In this document: positions 18,005 to 25,215 of the stretch, piece by piece | Layout: each line of letters begins with the position of its first letter | How positions within the stretch are numbered: the first letter of the stretch is position 1 | From: Candidatus Brocadia sp. | GTDB lineage: Bacteria > Planctomycetota > Brocadiia > Brocadiales > Brocadiaceae | Direction: 5' to 3' | Length of the DNA stretch: 32,000 nucleotides | NCBI GenBank assembly: GCA_021650915.1 | Contig: CP091279.1 | Coordinates: forward strand, 1,590,001 to 1,622,000 | Program-made: the position numbers and the translations under genes | Notes under the pieces: model-generated | Seen by the model: only the letters and a program-made list of their open reading frames with translations | Database searches by the model: none | Told to the model about the DNA's origin: nothing

Positions 18005-21000
18005 GGACTAAAGCCCGGAAAGGAGGCTGAAATGTGATATGAGCAAAATGAGCAGCAGTACTTGAATATTTTGCTTCTAATTGAGTCAAGTCGATATAAG
18101 GAGCAACCGTATTCCAATCATTGATATCTGGAAAGACATCTTGCCAGCCAAGATTCTCCCAGCCGTCAAATTCCTTTTTTTTATCTGGTGCATCCAGTCC
18201 AAAACGAGCGCCTGTAGGATTCTCTTCAATTACGAAGAAATATCCTTGGTCTTCAACGCCGCGCACCTGGCTAGGGACTAACTGAAAACCCAAAAAATAG
18301 ATATCCGGCTTAATTGTGCCCTTAAAAATCGGATATTTTTGATTTTCTAAACCAGGTGCTTTTACACGTTGTCCATTTTGAGTTTCTGCCTTCTGAGCGT
18401 ATATAATCGCATTTGGATAGCGCTGAAGCAATTCACCACGAATCAAGAATACGATGTTTTCTTCAGTCGCATTGACCGGAATCATATCATCCCTGTGATG
18501 CCCGCCAAGCTCTTTCTTCCAATCAGTTATAGGAATAATATCATTAACCTTATTTTTGAACAATTCGTCTCTGGCAAATTGAAGTGCTAATGGTTTGTCC
18601 TCATCAGAAAGTTCATTAAAATTGACACCTTTTTCTTGCAACCAATCTTTTGCCATTGTCTCCATAGCAGCTTCATCAGTTGGATCATTGTCTACATAGC
18701 CTCGCACATCCCAAAACTGTCGAAAGCAAGTACCACGCTGATCAGTAGGATACTCTCGCCATAAAAGCTCTCTAGCCATCTCATGGTTTAAACCGGCCAT
18801 AAAGCTTTCAACAAATTTCTTATTTGTTATAAGAAGCGACACGGTGTTTTGCTTAATTTCTTCCACTCCAGGGAGTAACCATTCAACAGAAAGATCGCGA
18901 ACGGCTTCATACATAGGTTGATTAAATGTAGGAGCCGCCATAACGGGTTCACAATATCGTTCATCAATCTTCCATCCCGTCCATGGGGCAATCTGTATTC
19001 TCCCCTTTATCAGGTTCTTTAAATTTACTTCCGGCTTGATTTGGTCAATAATATTTTTATGTATTTCATCTAAATCTATTGGATTTACATTGCCATTAGC
19101 CATCCCTGCAGTATTGAAACCGCCCGTTCCCAAGCCAGTTGAAGAAGCCAGACGGGCACTTTCAAAATGCCTTGCAATAGTTGATCTAAAACGCTGCATG
19201 CTTTTACGGTTAACAGCAGCCTCTTGGATTTTTCCAAATAAGCCAGGTTTTTTCACTGGTGGTTTAGAACGGCTTCGTTCCGATGGCCTAGCATTTAAAG
19301 GTATGGGTGTTTTTTTGATGATATCGGCGTTTAGTGTTCCTTTCCTTACGCTATTTTTATATGTTAGCAATCGTTGGTATTGACGAAACTGATAGGTAAA
19401 TACCAAGGCAGAAAGCCCGAGCGTAAAAGATCCAATACCTTGTACCCAGACAATTTTAGTAATCAGTCCTGCTGCAAGTGCAATAGAACTAAGGCTTCCT
19501 GCGCTCACACTTCCTATGAACCACTTTTGAAATTGCTTAGGTACCCCTCCATCGGGTTGTAAATGCCTTGTAAGTCTGCCCCAGGTTCGCAGGAAATATG
19601 CCCTCTTCGGGGCAATTGTTCTATACTCACCCCGGTTCATTTTCTTTAAATAATCCCTTGGATAAACTTGGCCTAATCGTCGTATCCTTTTTCTTATTGC
19701 CTCACTGGTACGAACCATTTTTCTAAACGGCGCCTCCAGCACAGTGCTTGAAATGGGACTTTGAGAAATTCTTGCCTTAATGGTAGTAGGGCTATTGGTT
19801 ATTTTGCTGTGTAAGGGACGTGTCATTTCAATGAGTGTATCCTGATTTAACGCCAAAAAATCCCTTTCGTAAAGCCTGTTTGAAACAACACAGGCGGCTT
19901 GAGCCTCCACCAGATACTTGTTTATCGCCAAGATTCCTTCTACCTGATCCCAGGCGCTTGCCATTAATTGTTCTTGCTGCTCCTGAACTACCAATGTTCC
20001 GAGCCCGGCAATAACCCTTAACGGAGGGGCGCTATTCAGTTGATGAAACCAGTGATCCGGGATAGGTAATCCTTCTAAGGAATTTTTTGCTGCATGCCAT
20101 CTCCCATAAAGTGGAGGTGCTACCACTTTAATAGTTTTATCACCAAGTGTTATTTCCCTAGCAGGAGTATTTACCACTGCCTGTAAAGCGGTAAAGAATT
20201 CTTGTTCTTGAGAAGTATTCCACCTCGTGATATTATTAGCTTTTCTGCTTTCTGGTGAAACAAGGGCGCCTTCCAGAGCCACGGCATTAGAACTTAGAGA
20301 TGGCAATCCTAGCCTGGGATCAGAAATATATAAATCTCGACGTCCTACTGTAGCAGGCAAATGTTTTGGCGGGGGATTAATTAACTTTTTTACCAGTGAT
20401 TCAAAATCACCTTCTAAGCCGATTTGAAAGGACCAATGGTAGTATACTGGTAACTCAATCACAACCTCATCATGAGGTTGTGAATCCGTTTTTGACCATG
20501 ATTTTTTTGTAGCTGTATCACTGGCATCAAAAGTCTTCTTCAATCCGGCCTTTCTACCCCTTTCGTAAGCAGGAACCAAAAAGGCTGTATAACGAGTTCG
20601 TGGTTTAAGGTAACGAGGGCACATCAGGCGGGAAAGAGCACGCTCAGGTTCTTTTTCAATAATATCTAAAATTGTTTTTTCACTCGCCGGTTCGTCATCT
20701 CCCATAGCGCTGATTTGCACATGTGCCCAAGCCCAGGATTGAGAAAGGTCTGGTAGAAATTGGTTTTCGACCTTCAGCATAGGGAGCTGCCCTGCCTGAT
20801 TTCCCTGATTTCCTTCCCTAGTTGCCGGAAATTCTGAAATTTCGGTATCATCAAGAACAATCAGACAGAGCCACGGAGGAAGTCTGTCTGGTGGTTGTGG
20901 AGCTTCCGGAGTAGTCACTTCAGGAGTAGGCGCTTCCGGAGTGTATCTCCAGGGAAAGTCAGGCTGATCAAATTCCACAAAGGGAAAATAATTGGGTTCT

Positions 21001-21251
21001 ACATTGCCTGCATTATGTTCCGGGTATGTTCGAAGGATTACACGAGGATCGATACCCTCGACTTCTCCAGGCCCATATAATGCCAACTTTATCGAGGCTT
21101 CTCTCTTTTCATGGTTTTCCTCACTGAAATCTAACTTTACTTCAAACTGTGCATGAGTTCCGCTTCCAGCCACACTAGAGGTGATTAGATTATTGGCAAT
21201 CCCTATTCGGTACCATGGTAAAAAGGTAAGTTTTCCTAGTTGTTCACTCAT
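17979..21251 (-). CDS. Hypothetical protein (1090 aa) with central two-helix TM hairpin
   Basis: The ORF starts 1 nt after the upstream stop. A Pro-rich repeat TPEAPTPEVTTPEAPQPP is at 20874-20945. Hydrophobic segments FIGSVSAGSLSSIALAAGLITKIVWV and GIGSFTLGLSALVFTYQF are at ~19387-19520. Confidence 0.8.
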   Translation of the reverse strand: MSEQLGKLTFLPWYRIGIANNLITSSVAGSGTHAQFEVKLDFSEENHEKREASIKLALYGPGEVEGIDPRVILRTYPEHNAGNVEPNYFPFVEFDQPDFPWRYTPEAPTPEVTTPEAPQPPDRLPPWLCLIVLDDTEISEFPATREGNQGNQAGQLPMLKVENQFLPDLSQSWAWAHVQISAMGDDEPASEKTILDIIEKEPERALSRLMCPRYLKPRTRYTAFLVPAYERGRKAGLKKTFDASDTATKKSWSKTDSQPHDEVVIELPVYYHWSFQIGLEGDFESLVKKLINPPPKHLPATVGRRDLYISDPRLGLPSLSSNAVALEGALVSPESRKANNITRWNTSQEQEFFTALQAVVNTPAREITLGDKTIKVVAPPLYGRWHAAKNSLEGLPIPDHWFHQLNSAPPLRVIAGLGTLVVQEQQEQLMASAWDQVEGILAINKYLVEAQAACVVSNRLYERDFLALNQDTLIEMTRPLHSKITNSPTTIKARISQSPISSTVLEAPFRKMVRTSEAIRKRIRRLGQVYPRDYLKKMNRGEYRTIAPKRAYFLRTWGRLTRHLQPDGGVPKQFQKWFIGSVSAGSLSSIALAAGLITKIVWVQGIGSFTLGLSALVFTYQFRQYQRLLTYKNSVRKGTLNADIIKKTPIPLNARPSERSRSKPPVKKPGLFGKIQEAAVNRKSMQRFRSTIARHFESARLASSTGLGTGGFNTAGMANGNVNPIDLDEIHKNIIDQIKPEVNLKNLIKGRIQIAPWTGWKIDERYCEPVMAAPTFNQPMYEAVRDLSVEWLLPGVEEIKQNTVSLLITNKKFVESFMAGLNHEMARELLWREYPTDQRGTCFRQFWDVRGYVDNDPTDEAAMETMAKDWLQEKGVNFNELSDEDKPLALQFARDELFKNKVNDIIPITDWKKELGGHHRDDMIPVNATEENIVFLIRGELLQRYPNAIIYAQKAETQNGQRVKAPGLENQKYPIFKGTIKPDIYFLGFQLVPSQVRGVEDQGYFFVIEENPTGARFGLDAPDKKKEFDGWENLGWQDVFPDINDWNTVAPYIDLTQLEAKYSSTAAHFAHITFQPPFRALVHGSDMLPP

Positions 21252-21252
21252 G

Positions 21253-24200
21253 TTAGTGGCTGATAAATTCGTTTACAGGAAGAATTTGGATAAAACCACG
21301 CTTTTCCGGATGAAGTTGCAAATGTTGCTCCATCCATTCGAAAGCTCCAGCTCTGGTCAATGGTCCGAGGTTCTGCCGGTCAAATTCATTATCTTTCGAT
21401 AAATTATCAGTATTTGCCACAATAAATATTTCTTCTTTAATAGAAAATGTTTTGGGCCTAATTACACGATCTTTATATTTATTTGTTCCAGAACGGAATA
21501 AGTTAGAATACGCCTTAGTTCCGCTATGGGTTTTTGCCAATAGAATTTCTCTGGATTCTCCTTCGGCTAATTGGCTAGGTTCTTCTCGATCAATGTATTT
21601 TTCTTCGTATTGAAGAGCCCTTTCTTGAATATTTGTGGAATCTCCTTTAATTGTATATGCACCTCGATTGCTCCCAATACTAATGCCAGCCATCATAAGT
21701 TCAAAGGAACTCCTCTGAAGCTTTTCTTGGTCATCGAGATCTTTAAATTGTCCTGGGGCGAAATAATCTTCAACCTTAGCATAAAATGTCCCGAGTTTAT
21801 CAGAATCGTTAGCAGTTTCTTTTGGTTCTACGGTTTCTTCTCCAATCGATACATTTCTCAGTTGAAACGTGTGCTGACCTATGATGGAGTATTCCCGGTA
21901 TTTATCCAGCATACGATTAAGTGGAAGAACTTTTTGGCGCATTTCAATGATTCCCAGGGGATGGACCATCAATTGGGCGCCTACCTCAGGTTGACGAAAA
22001 CTGCCGGCTAGATATGCACTCGGTGGCAAAGAGGCCTTCCAGCTTTCTTCACTTTGTATGGCGTCCTGTAATTCCGGCCATGGGTCCAGGGGCGGAAGCT
22101 GTGTGGGGTCTTCATCTCCAAATGTACGTGAAAATCTAATAGGAATATCAAAAAACAATATTGAAATACGAGCCTCTCCGTTAATTCGAAACGGGGAAGG
22201 ACCGGATAAACTACCAGAAATGGAAATGCCCAGAAATGAAGCTCCAGCCACCTCTACCTCAAAGCCCTGACTAAATGAAAATGTAAAATGGAAAGGCGAA
22301 AAGACGATTAACCCATCAAAAATAAGCCACCCATTGATATTGATCTCGTCTATCCCAACAAAAATTTTGACGTCAGCGCCAAATTGGAAAGAATTAGAGG
22401 AGATTGCAAAGTAACCTTCAACACTCAGTCGAACAATATCCTCAAAATTAAGGGCAACCCGGACGCGATCCATATCCGGGAAATTGGGAGGTGGGTTGAA
22501 AGCTGGGTGATACCCTCCAACTGAGAGCAAAAAATTGGAATTGCTTCCCCAATTTACGAGAAAAGCCATACTCCCTTCCATCTTAAAAAAGGCCAGGCGT
22601 GAATCACGCAGGTTTACAAGGATAGAAAGTTGTTTCTTTTCAAAGTTTAGTTCTCCTCTTACATCAACGTGTAATTCGACTATAGGAAAGTCATCTGCAG
22701 GCAAGAGGGCCTCCAACTGACCTAATATGACAATTATTATGGGTGAGGGGAATATTATTAAAATTCCTACTTCAATTTTAAATATTGCCGGTCTCCCCCA
22801 TACAATCTGTGCTAATGGCCCAAATACAAACTGGTCCATCTGGGCAGGGAATACCCGATCCACATCATTGATGATCTTTGGCATATTATTTAATGGGTCA
22901 TCAGGAAACATAATACTATCCAGTGCCCCTTGCCGAATACCATCTTCAAGGGCGTCGCTGGAATAAGTTCTGTGAATACCGACCAACCCGCCAACCCCAT
23001 CAAGGATAAAACCAAATCCGAGTTGGATAAATAACTTTTCAGCAGTGATAATAATGAGAAATGAGAATCCGGGAGGTGGCAAGTCTCTGCCATTACTATC
23101 TTTTGTTGATAAAATACCAATTGCCGTAACTTCAATCGCAAGCAGATCAAGGTATAGCATACCGGCGTATTGGCCACGATCTTTATCAAAGCGAATAAAA
23201 CCCCCACCGGCAACCGGTCCGGCATCTATGCTTAAACCAAATCCACTAGGAGGACGAAATTCCATTCTGGCATCAACCGGTCCAAGATTCCCGTCTTGCT
23301 GTTTAATAAGAGTGGTGGTCAGACCCATACCTTCAACTACGCCAACCACCGGACCCAGCGTTAATCGGGCACTTTCAAGGATAAAATCAATTTCATTCCT
23401 GTCACGGGTCTTATTAATATTAATCTGAATGGTATCCAGATAGAAAATACTCCCGATATCCTTATTTATAGGGATATAAAAACGTATTCCGGTATCGCTA
23501 TCTCCTGACACCGATAATCCGCTTGCCCAACGAAAATCAAGAGCAAACGAAAAATCATTATTCAAATAACTTAACTTATTTATGGTTAATTCAACAGGTA
23601 ACAAATCTTCAACCATCGGAACTCTCACATAATTCACTATTCTTCCGCTCAAAGCAAAATCTATGTTATTGCCGCTTCTTCCTAGAATTAAACTCTTCAA
23701 GAAAATATCGATGAAATTTGCAATATGTAAGACTTCTATTCCATCGTCGTCAGAAATCTGAACCTCTATTTTAAAGCCATCTTCCAAGATACTTAAAATA
23801 AATTCCAAGGCAATAGGGGTATTATTCCGATCTTTGAAAGCGGGCAGTTCGATTCTTCCGCGAATGGTGCTGTCGTTGTTAATAATACCGGATGAATTAA
23901 AGGTAACCTCTAATTGATCCAGATAAATTTTAACACCTTGAAAATTAATAGGTGCATTGGATTGCAATAAGGAAATACGATAGATTCCACCGTCATATAT
24001 TTTGAAACTTATATCAATCAGCTTCGGCTGATTCTGATCGTTCTTCCAATCTGGAATGGTTATGGTTCCCTGAATAGTGGAATCAATGATTCCATCCGCA
24101 TTAAAAGAAAAGGAAAAGTTTGATATCTGCAGTTTAAATATAAATAAATCAATCTCAGCCGGTATATTTGAAGCATCAATGCGAAATGTATCATTGCTTA

Positions 24201-25212
24201 TAGAAATACGCACATCAATTGGCACATGTTCTCGTTGGTTGTCAGATGTTTTTTTTTCGAAAAAGGGAATATAAATCCGTCCTTCAAGGCTAAAGCCGTT
24301 AAGATTATTACGAAGCATTTCCATTTCGAATTTATTTAAACCCATACTAATTCCAAATAGCGTACCGGACGCATCCCCGGTAAATTGTCCTGTATCAGGA
24401 TCAAACCCAGGGGTAAAAACTGCTGATATTGAGCCGCTGACTCCACCGGTACCTATAATGAAATTTGAAGCGTTAACAGGGGGTAAAATATCACCGAGTT
24501 CACCGTCAAAATAAACGCTTAGAGTTTGTACATATATACCTTGAAAACTTTCATCAAAACCGGCATCTATAATTTCTTGGATTGAATCCTTTTTGGAAAG
24601 GTCGAGTTTTAGATTTTGAAATGTTAAGGCAATTGGAATATTCCTTAACTTACATGGGGTAAGATTTAAGGAGTCGAATCCTCTCGCTGATATATTGAAA
24701 TCTTTGTCGAGAAGAAGGCTTCCGACTGTTGAAATAGTGGCTTTTGAACTCCCATTGATTTCCACGAATTTCTTATCAACTTTTAGAGGCACACCATCTT
24801 GGCCAATTTCAATTGGAATCAATAAATCGCGCCCGAATTTAATGCCAAGCTCGACATTAGATAAATTTAAATAAAAACTTTCGGTTCTTATTTCAACAGA
24901 TATCTTGAAAGGAAAGTATCCTGCGCGACCAATCTCGAAAGTTATAAAATCAAGACCCACGATCGAGATTTCAAGTTTTTCCAAGAGCAGCATATCGATT
25001 GACATGCTTATAAAGTCATCGCCAAAATTTATCCGGTAGTCTGTATAACAAACGTAATCTAGAAACGACCTTTCATCTTCTCCTGCCCCTAAGTCAGATT
25101 TCTGAAATAACTGGAATGGGAATGCATCTATATCCATTAAGTTGCTGATAGGTTTTGCTCTCAGCAGTAATTTGTCATCTTCACTAAAATTACTTAAATC
25201 AAAATCTGGCAT
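21253..25212 (-). CDS. Hypothetical beta-repeat protein (1319 aa)
   Basis: The ATG lies 3 nt after the PLD stop, with GGAG 9 nt upstream. Internal ~60-75-aa repeat units span ~23530-24640. A Gly-rich hydrophobic C-terminal block spans ~22180-23225. Confidence 0.8.
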   Translation of the reverse strand: MPDFDLSNFSEDDKLLLRAKPISNLMDIDAFPFQLFQKSDLGAGEDERSFLDYVCYTDYRINFGDDFISMSIDMLLLEKLEISIVGLDFITFEIGRAGYFPFKISVEIRTESFYLNLSNVELGIKFGRDLLIPIEIGQDGVPLKVDKKFVEINGSSKATISTVGSLLLDKDFNISARGFDSLNLTPCKLRNIPIALTFQNLKLDLSKKDSIQEIIDAGFDESFQGIYVQTLSVYFDGELGDILPPVNASNFIIGTGGVSGSISAVFTPGFDPDTGQFTGDASGTLFGISMGLNKFEMEMLRNNLNGFSLEGRIYIPFFEKKTSDNQREHVPIDVRISISNDTFRIDASNIPAEIDLFIFKLQISNFSFSFNADGIIDSTIQGTITIPDWKNDQNQPKLIDISFKIYDGGIYRISLLQSNAPINFQGVKIYLDQLEVTFNSSGIINNDSTIRGRIELPAFKDRNNTPIALEFILSILEDGFKIEVQISDDDGIEVLHIANFIDIFLKSLILGRSGNNIDFALSGRIVNYVRVPMVEDLLPVELTINKLSYLNNDFSFALDFRWASGLSVSGDSDTGIRFYIPINKDIGSIFYLDTIQININKTRDRNEIDFILESARLTLGPVVGVVEGMGLTTTLIKQQDGNLGPVDARMEFRPPSGFGLSIDAGPVAGGGFIRFDKDRGQYAGMLYLDLLAIEVTAIGILSTKDSNGRDLPPPGFSFLIIITAEKLFIQLGFGFILDGVGGLVGIHRTYSSDALEDGIRQGALDSIMFPDDPLNNMPKIINDVDRVFPAQMDQFVFGPLAQIVWGRPAIFKIEVGILIIFPSPIIIVILGQLEALLPADDFPIVELHVDVRGELNFEKKQLSILVNLRDSRLAFFKMEGSMAFLVNWGSNSNFLLSVGGYHPAFNPPPNFPDMDRVRVALNFEDIVRLSVEGYFAISSNSFQFGADVKIFVGIDEININGWLIFDGLIVFSPFHFTFSFSQGFEVEVAGASFLGISISGSLSGPSPFRINGEARISILFFDIPIRFSRTFGDEDPTQLPPLDPWPELQDAIQSEESWKASLPPSAYLAGSFRQPEVGAQLMVHPLGIIEMRQKVLPLNRMLDKYREYSIIGQHTFQLRNVSIGEETVEPKETANDSDKLGTFYAKVEDYFAPGQFKDLDDQEKLQRSSFELMMAGISIGSNRGAYTIKGDSTNIQERALQYEEKYIDREEPSQLAEGESREILLAKTHSGTKAYSNLFRSGTNKYKDRVIRPKTFSIKEEIFIVANTDNLSKDNEFDRQNLGPLTRAGAFEWMEQHLQLHPEKRGFIQILPVNEFISH

Positions 25213-25215
25213 TAA

